64,000 nucleotides of DNA from Niabella yanshanensis (GCA_040393015.1 JBEBUZ010000008.1:472-64471), one strand, 5' to 3'. Counted from the stretch's first letter, positions 26,153 to 37,157 are shown. A program made the numbers and translations. Notes: generated from the letters alone by a model not told the origin.

Positions 26153-27196
26153 TTACACACCCTTAAACTCCACACCCAAACCAGGCAGGTGATTGTAAAT
26201 GATTTTCCCCTTGTCGTATCCAACTCCCGTGGCTACATCTTCCTCTAATAATAAGGGGCCGTCCATATCCAGAAAATCGACTAATGGCGCCAAATGGGCC
26301 ATGGCCGCCGAACCGATACTGCTTTCGTTCATACAGCCCAGCATTATTTTTAACCCGCGCTTACGCGCTTCAGGGATCATACGTAAAGCAGGGGTGATGC
26401 CGCTGCATTTAGTGAGTTTTATATTAATTCCGTGAAAAAAGCCTTCGCATTTGGCCACATCGGTTTCAAATACGCAACTTTCATCGGCAAACAGGGGGAG
26501 GGGCGATTGGTTATAGAGCACCTTCATCTCTTCCCAATTATCTTTTGCCAGCGGTTGTTCAACCAGTTCTACACCCAGATCTCTTAACTGTGGTATCAGT
26601 TGTAAAGCTGTTTCCAGATCCCAGCCCGCGTTGGCATCTACTCTGAATACCGCATCTGTTTCGGCGCGCAGTGCTTTTACAATCGCAATATCATCGGCAG
26701 TGCCTACTTTTATTTTGTAAACCGGCCAGGGTTTTTCCCGGAGCTTCGCTACCATATTTTCGATCTTGTCTATACCAATCGTATAATCGGTCACCGGGGT
26801 TTTGTCTATATTCCCGTTCCACATTTTATACAGAGGTTTTCGCGACAATTTTCCAAACAGATCCCAGGCTGCTATATCCAGCGCACAAACCAGGAAGGGA
26901 TTTTTCGGCAGCAAATGGTGCAGGAAATGCCAATAGCGCTCCGGTTCGGTAAGCGCGAATTTTTCAATCATAGCCTGTTTGGCAGCCAGGTCGGCTATCA
27001 TTTTCTCAACGGTAATATCGTAATAACTAATAGCCGGCGCTTCGCCATAGCCTTTGATGCCGAAATGTTCCAGCTCTACTACGAGTGTGGGTTGATGCGT
27101 TTTCGTACCTTTTGAGATAGTAAACGGATGCCGGAATTTTAAATGGTATGGATAAAATTGGAGTTTCACAACGATGGGGTATTTGATGACGCCCAA
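26153..27196 (-). CDS. dipeptide epimerase (enolase superfamily, L-Ala-D/L-Glu epimerase-like)
   Basis: YKIKVG, FRVDANAGW, LVEQPL and FADES are enolase-superfamily metal and catalytic motifs. Confidence 0.8.
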   Translation of the reverse strand: MGVIKYPIVVKLQFYPYHLKFRHPFTISKGTKTHQPTLVVELEHFGIKGYGEAPAISYYDITVEKMIADLAAKQAMIEKFALTEPERYWHFLHHLLPKNPFLVCALDIAAWDLFGKLSRKPLYKMWNGNIDKTPVTDYTIGIDKIENMVAKLREKPWPVYKIKVGTADDIAIVKALRAETDAVFRVDANAGWDLETALQLIPQLRDLGVELVEQPLAKDNWEEMKVLYNQSPLPLFADESCVFETDVAKCEGFFHGINIKLTKCSGITPALRMIPEARKRGLKIMLGCMNESSIGSAAMAHLAPLVDFLDMDGPLLLEEDVATGVGYDKGKIIYNHLPGLGVEFKGV

Positions 27197-27263
27197 ACCT
27201 ACGTGAATTTTTTTATCCTGAACGGGGATATAAACTTTTTCTTCGTAACAAATCTTATAGGTC

Positions 27264-29654
27264 TTAATTCCGCACCGGCTTACCCTTTGCGATCACGCTT
27301 TGCAAACGTTCGAGCGTTTTTCTTTCACCGCAAAGGGAAAGAAAAGCCTGGCGTTCGAGATCGAGCAGATATTGTTCGCTTACCAGGCTGGGCTCGCTTA
27401 AATCGCCCCCGCACATTACGTAAGCTAATTTACGGGCTACCAGCGCATCGTGGTCGGTAGCATAGTTTCCCAGCTGCATGGCGTGTATACCCGAAAGCAA
27501 TGCACCCAGCGCGGATCTTCCCTGCACTTTAATATCGGTTCGTGGCACCGGCTGCACATAGCCTGCGTCGTAGAGCTCTGTTACCTGCCGCCTGGCTTCG
27601 GCAATGCGCCGGTCGGGGTTCATTACCACCTGGTCCTTTCCTTTGCGATAATATCCCAGCTCAAAGGCTTCTTTGGCACTGGTTGCCACTTTAGCGGTCG
27701 CAATCGTAAGGAACCGGTTTTGCAGGGGAATATTTTCGGGCTCTCCGGGGTGTATTTCGTCGCTGCTTCGTAGCACAAATTCCTTGGTGCCTCCTCCACC
27801 CGGGATCACACCCACGCCCAGCTCTACCAACCCGGTATAGGTTTCCGCTGCAGCGCAAACCTTATCGGCATGAAGGCTTAGTTCGCAACCTCCGCCCAGG
27901 GCGAGTGCATGAGGAGCCACTACCACCGGAATGGCAGAATAACGTACCCTCATCATGGTGTTTTGAAAGGCCCGTATCGCAAAATCGAGCTCATCATACT
28001 CCTGCTCTACCGCCAGCATAAAGATCATCCCGATATTAGCACCGGCCGAGAAATTGGCACCTTCGTTGGCTATTACCAGCCCTTTAAATTCTTTTTCGGC
28101 TTTATCCACTGCGGTTTGTATGCCACTCAAAACATCGCCGCCAATGGTTCCCATTTTAGTATTCCATTGCAGCCCCAAAACATCATCGCCCATATTGTAT
28201 AACCTGCAACTGCTGTTTTTCCATACAATTTTATCGGTGTATTGGCTAAGAATAATAAAAGCATCACTGCCGGGGATAACCTTATATGCTTTGGTGGCTA
28301 TATCATATACCAGTTTTTTACCATGCTCTGTTTTGTAAAAAGTTTTATTTCCATCAGCCAGCATTTCTTCAACCCAGGTGGCAGGCGGATTACCTGCTTC
28401 TCTCATGGCCGCAATATATTTTTCCACGCCCAACAGATCCCAGCTTTCAAAGGGGCCGATTTCCCAGCCAAAACCGGCTTTCATCGCATCGTCTATGCGG
28501 TAAATTTCATCACTTATCTCCGGTATCCGATGGCTGACATAGGCAAACAAACCCCTGTGAAAAGCTTTGTAAAAACTTCCGGCCTTATCGGAGCCCCCGG
28601 CCAGCATTTTTAAACGGGCCGACAAATCCTCCATTGGTTTGGCCGCTTCAAAACTGGCAAAACGAGGTTTCTGGCGTGGCTCGTATTCAAAGGTTTTCAG
28701 GTTGAGCGTCAGAATTTCAGACTCACCTTTTTCATTCTTTATTTTTTTGAAAAATCCCTGGCCGGTTTTGTCGCCCAGCCATTTGTTGGTGACCATTTTT
28801 TCCAGCCAGTCGGGGATGGAGAAAACCTGTCGGGCTTCATCGTCCGGACAATTATCCCTTACGCCGTCGGCAACTTTCACCAGGGTGTCTATTCCTACTA
28901 CATCGGCGGTTCGGAAAGTGGCCGATTTGGGCCGGCCGATAATGGTGCCTGTAAGGGTCTCTACTTCATCGATGGTCAGCCCCTGTTCCTGCATCAATTG
29001 AAAAATATACATGATGCTAAACACTCCGATACGGTTAGCTATGAAAGCAGGAGTGTCCTTGCATAAAACAGTGGTCTTGCCCAAAATCCTGCTGCCATAG
29101 TCCATCAAAAAATCAACTACACTATCATCCGTATACGCAGTGGGAATTATTTCTAACAGGCGTAAGTAGCGGGGCGGATTAAAAAAATGGGTGCCGCAGA
29201 AATGCTTTTTAAAATCATCGCTCCGATCCTCAGTCATCAGGTGAATAGGAATACCCGATGTATTGGAGGTGATCAATGTTCCTTTTTTGCGATATTGTTC
29301 TACACGCTCAAAAATGCTTTTTTTAATATCCAGTCTTTCTACCACTACCTCTATAATCCAGTCGCATCCGGCAATATCTTTCATATTGTCGTCGAAATTG
29401 CCGGTGGTGATCAGTTTCAGGTCGTCTTTTACAAACACCGGGGAGGGGTTACTCTTTGCTGCTGCCTGCAAAGCATCGTTCACAAGCTTATTTTTATTCC
29501 ACGGCTTTGGTTTTTCTCCCTCTGTAGCGGGAGGAGCCGGCGAGGCCATATCTAACAATAACACAGGGATACCCGCCCCTGCAAGAAGACAGGCAATCCT
29601 GCTGCCCATGATCCCGCTTCCCAAAACGGCTGCTTTTTGAATAATTCTGCTCAT
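27264..29654 (-). CDS. 3-hydroxyacyl-CoA dehydrogenase / enoyl-CoA hydratase fusion protein (FadB-like, dehydrogenase N-terminal)
   Basis: N-terminal Rossmann motif AVLGSGIMGSRIA plus 3HCDH domains. C-terminal crotonase fold (ANEGANFSAGANIG, ALGGGCEL). Confidence 0.9.
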   Translation of the reverse strand: MSRIIQKAAVLGSGIMGSRIACLLAGAGIPVLLLDMASPAPPATEGEKPKPWNKNKLVNDALQAAAKSNPSPVFVKDDLKLITTGNFDDNMKDIAGCDWIIEVVVERLDIKKSIFERVEQYRKKGTLITSNTSGIPIHLMTEDRSDDFKKHFCGTHFFNPPRYLRLLEIIPTAYTDDSVVDFLMDYGSRILGKTTVLCKDTPAFIANRIGVFSIMYIFQLMQEQGLTIDEVETLTGTIIGRPKSATFRTADVVGIDTLVKVADGVRDNCPDDEARQVFSIPDWLEKMVTNKWLGDKTGQGFFKKIKNEKGESEILTLNLKTFEYEPRQKPRFASFEAAKPMEDLSARLKMLAGGSDKAGSFYKAFHRGLFAYVSHRIPEISDEIYRIDDAMKAGFGWEIGPFESWDLLGVEKYIAAMREAGNPPATWVEEMLADGNKTFYKTEHGKKLVYDIATKAYKVIPGSDAFIILSQYTDKIVWKNSSCRLYNMGDDVLGLQWNTKMGTIGGDVLSGIQTAVDKAEKEFKGLVIANEGANFSAGANIGMIFMLAVEQEYDELDFAIRAFQNTMMRVRYSAIPVVVAPHALALGGGCELSLHADKVCAAAETYTGLVELGVGVIPGGGGTKEFVLRSSDEIHPGEPENIPLQNRFLTIATAKVATSAKEAFELGYYRKGKDQVVMNPDRRIAEARRQVTELYDAGYVQPVPRTDIKVQGRSALGALLSGIHAMQLGNYATDHDALVARKLAYVMCGGDLSEPSLVSEQYLLDLERQAFLSLCGERKTLERLQSVIAKGKPVRN

Positions 29655-29867
29655 GATATTTAGTTAGTTAAACAACTAATTACAATGAAGGTAATAAATT
29701 TGAAGAAGATCTGTTGCTTTGCAGGATTGATTGCAAACAAGTTTTGGGGAGTGTCTTTTTCGTTAAGTATTATAGCCCTGATAAGGTGCGGCCAATAGCT
29801 TCAAACCCAAAAAATAAATAATAGTTTACGTATAAATATTTTATCTTTGTCGTATAAAATTTTTGTT

Positions 29868-30125
29868 ATGGACGCTAAAGTTACTTTGAGTTTTAGTGCC
29901 TCGGTTATAGAGCAGGCTAAGGTATATGCAGAATCGCAGGGTTTAAGCCTTTCCCGTCTTACCGAAATATTGTTGAAAAAAGTGATTGATACCGGGCAGC
30001 ACGTCAACATCGAGCATATACCCCTTGAAGATTGGGTGAGCCTGGTAGCGGAAGGCCCCGCGGGCTACACTACAAAGCCACTGAACAAAAAGAAAAAAAA
30101 GGAATTTTTTGAGAGCCGCAAATAA
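29868..30125 (+). CDS. putative antitoxin (DUF6364-like) paired with the PIN toxin
   Basis: MDAKVTLSFSASVIEQAKVYAESQGLSLSRLTEILLKK is ribbon-helix-helix/DUF6364-like. It lies immediately upstream of a PIN gene. Start set at the ATG at 29868. Confidence 0.55.
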   Translation: MDAKVTLSFSASVIEQAKVYAESQGLSLSRLTEILLKKVIDTGQHVNIEHIPLEDWVSLVAEGPAGYTTKPLNKKKKKEFFESRK

Positions 30126-30133
30126 GATACCGC

Positions 30134-30565
30134 GTGAAAGTATTTATTGATGCAAATATTCTTGTTTCGGTTTTAAATAAAGAATATCCTCTTTTTACTT
30201 ACGCTTCACGCGTATTAAGCTGGGTAACTGCCAACCGGCATGAACTGGTCACAACATCGGTTAGTCTTGCAATTACTTTCTATTTTGCCGAGAAAAAACA
30301 CGGTACCCGGTCCGCTAAGGAACGTATGATTGTGCTTGCGGAGCATTTTTTGATCGCAGACTGCGGAATACAGGAGGTACTGAAGGCGGGAGCGGATAAG
30401 AAGATTAAGGATTTTGAAGATGGTTTACAATATTATGCCGCTTTACATGCGGGCTGTAGCTGTATTGTGACGGAAAACGTAAAGGATTTTTACTATTCAG
30501 AAATAGATGTGCTGACTGCGAAAGATTTTTTACTAAAAAATTTTACTCAGAAATACCGGCCATAA
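30134..30565 (+). CDS. PIN-domain protein (VapC-like toxin)
   Basis: N-terminal VFIDANILV with the conserved Asp, and later acidic residues (FEDGLQY, VTENVKDF). GTG start. Confidence 0.75.
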   Translation: MKVFIDANILVSVLNKEYPLFTYASRVLSWVTANRHELVTTSVSLAITFYFAEKKHGTRSAKERMIVLAEHFLIADCGIQEVLKAGADKKIKDFEDGLQYYAALHAGCSCIVTENVKDFYYSEIDVLTAKDFLLKNFTQKYRP

Positions 30566-30600
30566 TTTTAGGTTTTCATCTTAGGGCAAAACCTAAAATT
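30564..30600 (+). terminator. perfect 13-bp inverted repeat, terminator-like
   Basis: AATTTTAGGTTTT - 11 nt - AAAACCTAAAATT, overlapping the PIN stop codon. The stem is AU-rich, so its function as a terminator is uncertain. Confidence 0.4.
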
Positions 30601-30726
30601 ACCGGGAATTTTTAAGGTTGGGCGATGTGCCTGATTTTATTCTTTCGCCTTTTCCGGTTTTTCAGGGAATAGGTTTCTGCACATATTGTGCATAACTCCG
30701 GATTACCCGGAGGATTTCAGTTTTAT

Positions 30727-30734
30727 TATATTTG
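30727..30734 (+). promoter_or_regulatory. TAnnTTTG -7 promoter-like box upstream of parE
   Basis: TATATTTG lies 27 nt upstream of the parE ATG. Confidence 0.3.
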
Positions 30735-30760
30735 CGTGTTTTGATAAAAGGAGTTGATAA

Positions 30761-32674
30761 ATGGCAAAGGAAAAAAATACAAAGACGGTAAGTGACTACG
30801 ATGAGGATAGTATCAAAAGCCTCGACTGGAAGGAACATATTCGTTTGCGACCGGGAATGTATATTGGTAAATTAGGTGATGGAAGCAGCTCCGACGATGG
30901 GATCTATGTGTTGGTAAAGGAGGTGATGGACAACTGTATTGATGAGTACACGATGGGTTACGGCAGAACCATTGAACTGTCGGTGAATGGTAAAACGGTG
31001 ACTGTTCGTGATTATGGACGCGGCATTCCCCTGGGAAAAGTGGTGGATGTAGTGAGTAAAATAAATACGGGCGCCAAATATGATAGCCGGGCGTTTCAGA
31101 AATCAGTGGGTTTGAATGGGGTAGGTACAAAGGCTGTAAATGCCCTGAGCAACTATTTTAAGGTTGTTTCGGTGCGCGATCAGAAAGAAAAAGTAGCAGA
31201 ATTCGAACGGGGTACACTTACACAGGAATATAAAGAGGCGAAAACATCGGAAGGAAATGGTACAGAGGTAACTTTTATTCCGGATGACACGATATTTAAA
31301 AATTTTAAGTTTCATCATGAGTTCCTGGAGAACCTGATATGGAACTACTGCTTTTTAAATGCGGGACTAAGGATCGTTTTCAACGGCAGCTCTTATGTCA
31401 GCCGTAATGGCTTGCTGGATCTGCTGACCCGCAAAACCAACCCCGATGAAATCCGGTACCCGATCATTCATTTAAAAGGAGAGGATATAGAACTGGCTAT
31501 TACACATGGTAACGATTATGGCGAGGAACTGTATAGCTTTGTAAACGGGCAGCATACCACTCAGGGCGGCACCCACCAGCAGGCTTTTCGCGAAGCGTTC
31601 GTAAAAACGATCCGCGATTTCTATAAAAAAGATTACGAAACCTCGGATATCCGAACGGGTATTGTGGCGGCCGTTAGCGTAAGGGTGGTAGAACCGGTGT
31701 TTGAAAGCCAGACTAAAACCAAACTGGGCTCCCAGAATGTAGATATTAATGGGCCGAGCATGCGACAGTTTGTGGGAGATTTTATGAGCCGGGAACTGGA
31801 TAATTTTTTACATAAAAACCCGGCAACCGCGGAGGCATTAAAAAAGCGTATTGAGCAGAGTGAGCGGGAAAGAAAAGACCTGGCGGGCATTAAGAAACTG
31901 GCCAACGAAAGAGCTAAAAAAGCGAATCTTCATAATAAAAAGTTACGCGATTGCCGCATTCATTTGAACGATGATCCCCCCTCAAAAGGCAGGGATGAGT
32001 TTATCGCCAAACAAAATGAAACAACAATTTTTATTACCGAAGGCGATAGCGCCAGCGGCTCTATTACCAAAGCGAGAGAGGTAGAGACACAGGCAGTTTT
32101 CAGCCTTCGGGGAAAGCCTCTTAATTCTTTCGGTCTCACCAAAAAAGTAGTGTACGAGAACGAAGAATTTAACCTGCTGCAACACGCACTGAATATTGAA
32201 GAAGGACTGGATGGACTTCGATTTAATAATGTGGTAATTGCGACCGATGCCGATGTGGACGGAATGCATATTCGCCTGCTTATTATGACTTTTTTCCTGC
32301 AATTTTTCCCCGATCTGGTTAAACAGGAAAAGGTATATGTACTGGAAACGCCTCTGTTCCGCGTACGCGATAAAAAGCAAACGATTTATTGCTATAGCGA
32401 GTCGGAGAAAAAAGCAGCTATTAAACAATTGTCGGGTAAGCCGGAAGTGACACGTTTTAAGGGATTAGGTGAGATTAGCCCCGAAGAGTTTGCCCAGTTT
32501 ATCGGAGCTGATATGCGGAAAACCATGATGCGTGTGGAGCATGGAGATCATATCCAGCAATTACTGGAATACTATATGGGAAAAAACACAATGGATCGCC
32601 AGGAATTTATTATCAATAACCTGGTGGTGGAAATAGATAGAGAGGAAGAGGTGGAAGAGTTAATTAATAGTTAG
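30761..32674 (+). CDS. parE: DNA topoisomerase IV subunit B (type IIA topoisomerase B subunit)
   Basis: GHKL ATPase motifs ([20 protein letters not shown]). Toprim motifs ([16 protein letters not shown]). 637 aa, without the long GyrB-type insertion. Confidence 0.8.
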   Translation: MAKEKNTKTVSDYDEDSIKSLDWKEHIRLRPGMYIGKLGDGSSSDDGIYVLVKEVMDNCIDEYTMGYGRTIELSVNGKTVTVRDYGRGIPLGKVVDVVSKINTGAKYDSRAFQKSVGLNGVGTKAVNALSNYFKVVSVRDQKEKVAEFERGTLTQEYKEAKTSEGNGTEVTFIPDDTIFKNFKFHHEFLENLIWNYCFLNAGLRIVFNGSSYVSRNGLLDLLTRKTNPDEIRYPIIHLKGEDIELAITHGNDYGEELYSFVNGQHTTQGGTHQQAFREAFVKTIRDFYKKDYETSDIRTGIVAAVSVRVVEPVFESQTKTKLGSQNVDINGPSMRQFVGDFMSRELDNFLHKNPATAEALKKRIEQSERERKDLAGIKKLANERAKKANLHNKKLRDCRIHLNDDPPSKGRDEFIAKQNETTIFITEGDSASGSITKAREVETQAVFSLRGKPLNSFGLTKKVVYENEEFNLLQHALNIEEGLDGLRFNNVVIATDADVDGMHIRLLIMTFFLQFFPDLVKQEKVYVLETPLFRVRDKKQTIYCYSESEKKAAIKQLSGKPEVTRFKGLGEISPEEFAQFIGADMRKTMMRVEHGDHIQQLLEYYMGKNTMDRQEFIINNLVVEIDREEEVEELINS

Positions 32675-32696
32675 TGATTTATATCAATGTTTGTCG

Positions 32697-33542
32697 ATGA
32701 TACATGTGGTTTTTAATGAAGCAGAAATAGCATTGCTGCAAAAAGTGCAGGAACTGGATGAAACGCTTACAGGCGCTGTGGTTCTGATAAAGGACGATTA
32801 CGCTGTGGGTCCCGTGAAGGATATTTATGCAACCGAAGGGTACCAGCAACGCCGCGATTGGTGGGCGAAACTTTTGGAAGGTTCTCCCTATAAAGAACAA
32901 TCAAATATGGTGGACGATAAACTCACGGTGCATAATCTTGTTAAACAGTTGGAAGAAGACCCGGAAGAGGAAGCCTGGATTTGGATGGGGCAAAATCAGC
33001 ATGATGTATGCGGGTATTATTGGCTTCTGCCACAGTTACGGCCATTTCAGGGGCGTATCATGATATTATATATGAACAATCTGCCTTTCATCAACGAGAA
33101 AGGGCAGATATTCTATCCTTCCTGGCTAAGTGAAATTCAGCCCTCCGAATTTTTGAAGGCTAAAAAACTGGCAAGGCCGGTCACGCTGAGTGAATACGAA
33201 GTAGATCCTGATGAGTGGAATAAACTAACAGAGGAAAATACTGCAGTTCGAATATTGGAAGGTGGCAAAAAAATCGCCGGCAAGGATGCGGATTTTTATG
33301 ACTCCGAAATACTGAAGAACATAACAGGTGAGTGGCAAAAAGCAAACCGGGTATTACAAAATACGATCAACCGGATGAAGACAAGAACAGGGGATCTGTT
33401 CCTGATGAACAGGATTAAAACTTTGATAGAAGAGGGAAAAATTGTGGCAGAGGGTGATGTGAACAAAGACTGGAAATCCTTCGATATAAAACTGCCGGGA
33501 GCAGCTAAACAAACGGTGGACTGGCCCGCTGAAACAGTATAA
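32697..33542 (+). CDS. DUF1835/DUF3658-like protein
   Basis: The N-terminus MIHVVFNEAEIALL resembles the start of DUF1835. The family call is from recall only. Confidence 0.55.
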   Translation: MIHVVFNEAEIALLQKVQELDETLTGAVVLIKDDYAVGPVKDIYATEGYQQRRDWWAKLLEGSPYKEQSNMVDDKLTVHNLVKQLEEDPEEEAWIWMGQNQHDVCGYYWLLPQLRPFQGRIMILYMNNLPFINEKGQIFYPSWLSEIQPSEFLKAKKLARPVTLSEYEVDPDEWNKLTEENTAVRILEGGKKIAGKDADFYDSEILKNITGEWQKANRVLQNTINRMKTRTGDLFLMNRIKTLIEEGKIVAEGDVNKDWKSFDIKLPGAAKQTVDWPAETV

Positions 33543-33553
33543 CAGTACAGATA

Positions 33554-33919
33554 ATGAAAATATTATTAAAACTGGAAGAATGTTTGATGTTTTTACTAAG
33601 CATCTTCCTGCTGTGGAACGGCAATGCATCCTGGTATTGGTTTCTGTTGCTTTCGTTGGGGCCGGATATTAGCATGGTTGGCTATGTAGCCGGGGACCGG
33701 GCCGGGGCTTTCCTGTATAACCTGTTTCATCACAAAGGTGTGGCCATTTTGGTGTTTATGCTGGGTATTTATCTAAACCACGAATGGTTGCAAAGAGTGG
33801 GAGTGGTGTTATTCGGTCATGCAAGTATGGACAGGGTATTGGGTTACGGATTGAAGTATAACAAAGGCTTTTCATTTACTCATTTAGGAGAAATAGGTAA
33901 AAATAAAAAGGAAGAATAG
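33554..33919 (+). CDS. DUF4260 domain-containing membrane protein
   Basis: LSLGPDISMVGYVAGDRAGAFLYNLFHHKG matches the remembered DUF4260 core. 3-4 TM helices. Confidence 0.6.
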   Translation: MKILLKLEECLMFLLSIFLLWNGNASWYWFLLLSLGPDISMVGYVAGDRAGAFLYNLFHHKGVAILVFMLGIYLNHEWLQRVGVVLFGHASMDRVLGYGLKYNKGFSFTHLGEIGKNKKEE

Positions 33920-33934
33920 CAGGAATTAGTAAAA

Positions 33935-36460
33935 ATGAAAGAAGATATATCAGATAATATAGAGCAGGCAGATGGAAAGGGCATACAGGGTCAGTTTAAG
34001 ACATGGTTCCTCGATTACGCTTCGTATGTAATATTAGAAAGGGCAGTACCGGCTATTGAAGACGGACTGAAACCGGTACAGCGACGGATTCTCCATTCTA
34101 TGAAACAAATGGATGACGGTCGGTTGCATAAGGTTGCCAATATTGTAGGGCAAACAATGTCGTACCACCCGCATGGCGATATGAGTATCCGCGATGCGTT
34201 GGTAAATATGGGTCAGAAGGACCTCTTAATCGATACCCAGGGTAATTGGGGAAATGTTGAGACAGGCGACGATGCCGCGGCTTCAAGATATATTGAAGCC
34301 CGCTTAAGTAAGTTTGCACTGGAAGTGGCGTTTAATGCCAAAACTACTGAATGGCAATTGAGCTACGATGGCCGTAACAACGAACCTGTGGTATTACCCA
34401 TGAAATTTCCGTTGTTACTGGCGCAGGGAGCTGAGGGAATCGCCGTGGGTTTGTCTACTAAAATTCTCCCCCATAATTTTTGCGAACTCATCGACGCCTC
34501 AATCAAATATCTGAAAGGGAAGAAATTTGATTTATATCCCGATTTTCAGACCGGAGGTATGATAGATATTACCGATTATAACCATGGTAAAAGAGGTGGC
34601 AGGGTGAAAGTGAGGGCTCATATTGAAGAAGGAGATAAAAAGACCCTGCTGATCAAAAGTGTGCCTTATGGGGTTACTACCGACCAACTCATAGAATCTA
34701 TTGTAAAAGCCAATGACCAGGGCAAGATCAAAATCAAAAAAGTAACGGATAATACAGCCGCAAATGTAGAAATCCAGATTGATCTCGCTACCGGCATTTC
34801 ACCCGATATAACCATTGATGCCCTTTATAAATTCACTAACTGTGAAATCTCGATATCACCCAATGCCTGCGTAATCGTCGACCGAAAGCCTAAATTTCTG
34901 TCGGTGAGCGACCTGTTAACTATTTCGGCCGACAATACCCGGGATTTGTTGCAGAAAGAACTGGAAATAAAGCTGGGCGAGCTGAACGAGAAATGGCATT
35001 ATACATCGTTGGAAAAGATATTCTTCGAGGAAAAAATATACAAAGAACTGGAGAAGAAGCACGATAGCTGGGACAAGGTAGTTGCGGCGATAGATAAAGC
35101 CTTCGATCCGTTTAAAGCGAAACTTAAAAGAGAAATTACCCGGGACGATATTCTGAAGCTGACCGAAAAGCCTGTACGTCGTATTTATCGTTTAGATATT
35201 GACGAATTGATTGAGCAGATCAAAGCATTGGAAGCTGAAATTAAGCAAGCGAAATACGACCTTGCGCACCTGGTTGAATATACAATCGCCTATTTTGAAA
35301 GTTTGCTGAAGAAATTCGGTAAAGGGCGGGAAAGAAAAACCGAGATCAGGCAGTTCGAAATTATAGAAGCCCGCCATGTAACCATTGCGAATACAAAGTT
35401 GTATGTCGACAAATCGGGAGGATTCATTGGCACCAGCCTGAAGAAAGATGAATTGCTGTTTGAATGTTCCGACCTGGATGATATCATTGTTTTTACCAAA
35501 CGGGGCATCATGAAGGTAATTAAGATAGCCGATAAAACCTTTGTGGGTAAGGATATTATTCACGCCGCTGTGTTTTTGAAAAACGATGAACGCACCACCT
35601 ATAATATGATATATGTGGACGGAAAAACTGGTGTGAGTTACGCCAAACGGTTTAATGTAACAGGTATTACAAAGGATAAGGTTTACGATCTCACAAAAGG
35701 TGATGACAAAAGTAAAGTGCATTACTTTACCGTGAATGCCAATGGAGAAGCGGAAGTGGTGAAAATTATATTGAGTCCGAATTGTACGGCGCGTATCAAA
35801 GAGTTTGATTTTTACTTTGAGGAGCTTGCCATTAAAGGACGGGGCAGCATAGGTAATCAGGTAACTAAATATCCTGTAAAAGCTGTTAAATTTAAAGAAG
35901 CCGGACGCGCTACCTTAAGTGGCAAAAAGCTTTGGTTTGATGATAAGTTCGGAAGGTTGAATACCGAAGAAAAAGGTGGCTATCTGGGTATGTTTGAGCC
36001 TGCAGATCAATTGCTGGTAGTTTATAACGATGGGTATTACGAGGTAACCGATCAGGAAATGACCCAGAAGTTTGACCCCGGGAAGGTTGTAATGATGGAG
36101 CGTTTCGATCCGGAAAAAATTATAACGGCCGTATATGCAGACATGGATAAACTGCAGTTCTATGTAAAGCGTTTCAAAATAGAAACATCGACATTGCGCA
36201 ATAAATTTTTGTTTATTAAAGAAGGCGATAATAACTACCTCGAATGCGTTACAACAGCATCCGAACCTGTTCTACAGGTACAAAGCGGTCGTGGAGATCA
36301 GGTCCGAAGCGCTAAGTTTAAACTGGCCAGGGTAACCGATATTATGGGCTGGAAAGCGATAGGCGCTAAATTGACCGATTATAGCAAAAGCGTATCGATG
36401 GAATGGGTTGAAAATAAGGAGAATACATCAGCACAACAGGAGTTATTTGGTGAGCAGTAA
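33935..36460 (+). CDS. parC: DNA topoisomerase IV subunit A (type IIA topoisomerase A subunit)
   Basis: DGLKPVQRRILHSM, HPHGD and the catalytic Tyr region AAASRYIEARL. 841 aa. Confidence 0.8.
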   Translation: MKEDISDNIEQADGKGIQGQFKTWFLDYASYVILERAVPAIEDGLKPVQRRILHSMKQMDDGRLHKVANIVGQTMSYHPHGDMSIRDALVNMGQKDLLIDTQGNWGNVETGDDAAASRYIEARLSKFALEVAFNAKTTEWQLSYDGRNNEPVVLPMKFPLLLAQGAEGIAVGLSTKILPHNFCELIDASIKYLKGKKFDLYPDFQTGGMIDITDYNHGKRGGRVKVRAHIEEGDKKTLLIKSVPYGVTTDQLIESIVKANDQGKIKIKKVTDNTAANVEIQIDLATGISPDITIDALYKFTNCEISISPNACVIVDRKPKFLSVSDLLTISADNTRDLLQKELEIKLGELNEKWHYTSLEKIFFEEKIYKELEKKHDSWDKVVAAIDKAFDPFKAKLKREITRDDILKLTEKPVRRIYRLDIDELIEQIKALEAEIKQAKYDLAHLVEYTIAYFESLLKKFGKGRERKTEIRQFEIIEARHVTIANTKLYVDKSGGFIGTSLKKDELLFECSDLDDIIVFTKRGIMKVIKIADKTFVGKDIIHAAVFLKNDERTTYNMIYVDGKTGVSYAKRFNVTGITKDKVYDLTKGDDKSKVHYFTVNANGEAEVVKIILSPNCTARIKEFDFYFEELAIKGRGSIGNQVTKYPVKAVKFKEAGRATLSGKKLWFDDKFGRLNTEEKGGYLGMFEPADQLLVVYNDGYYEVTDQEMTQKFDPGKVVMMERFDPEKIITAVYADMDKLQFYVKRFKIETSTLRNKFLFIKEGDNNYLECVTTASEPVLQVQSGRGDQVRSAKFKLARVTDIMGWKAIGAKLTDYSKSVSMEWVENKENTSAQQELFGEQ

Positions 36461-36461
36461 A

Positions 36462-37130
36462 ATGCACGCTAAATTTATACCCATGTCTGATATATTCGAA
36501 TGGATCGATCTTTATAAAGCTTTGTTTGCACTGGCAGCAGGGCTCATGCTTGGGTTGGAACGTGAATTGAAGGATAAGGCTGCCGGCTTGAAAACCATCA
36601 GCGTAATTTGCCTCGGGTCCTGCCTGTTTACCATCCTTTCGTTGAAAATAACCAGCGAATATACAGACGGGGTTCGCATCGCGTCCTATGTAGTGGGTGG
36701 TATTGGCTTTTTGGGAGCCGGCGTTATTTTTAAAGATGGCTTTACTGTAAACGGACTTACCACGGCCAGTGTTATTTGGATTGCTGCAGCAATTGGAATG
36801 GCGATCGGCTTTGGTGAAATTTATCTGGCTGCTATTTTCCTCGCTGCCTGTTTGCTCATTATTTATACCGGGAGTTATCTCAATCTGGCTTTTTTTTCCG
36901 GTAAAACAAACAAAGTCCTCCGAATAGTATTACCAGACAAAAATGCTGCTTTGAAAGGTCTTATCCTCAAGGATCTGAGGCAATATGTAAGTAAAATGGA
37001 ACAAGTTCGTTTAGAATCCTACAGCGATAAGATCATACTTACTCTGAATATAATGGTAGTAACCACCCGGCTCGGGAAGCTGGAACAGTTTCTGTTCGAT
37101 GACCACCGGATCGAAAGTTTCGAATTGTGA
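36462..37130 (+). CDS. MgtC/SapB family membrane protein
   Basis: LGLERELKDKAAGLKTISVICLGSCLF and GIGFLGAGVIFK are MgtC motifs. Start set at the ATG at 36462, just after the parC stop. Confidence 0.8.
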   Translation: MHAKFIPMSDIFEWIDLYKALFALAAGLMLGLERELKDKAAGLKTISVICLGSCLFTILSLKITSEYTDGVRIASYVVGGIGFLGAGVIFKDGFTVNGLTTASVIWIAAAIGMAIGFGEIYLAAIFLAACLLIIYTGSYLNLAFFSGKTNKVLRIVLPDKNAALKGLILKDLRQYVSKMEQVRLESYSDKIILTLNIMVVTTRLGKLEQFLFDDHRIESFEL

Positions 37131-37157
37131 GAGTAAGGTCCTTTCCCAAAGATGGAT

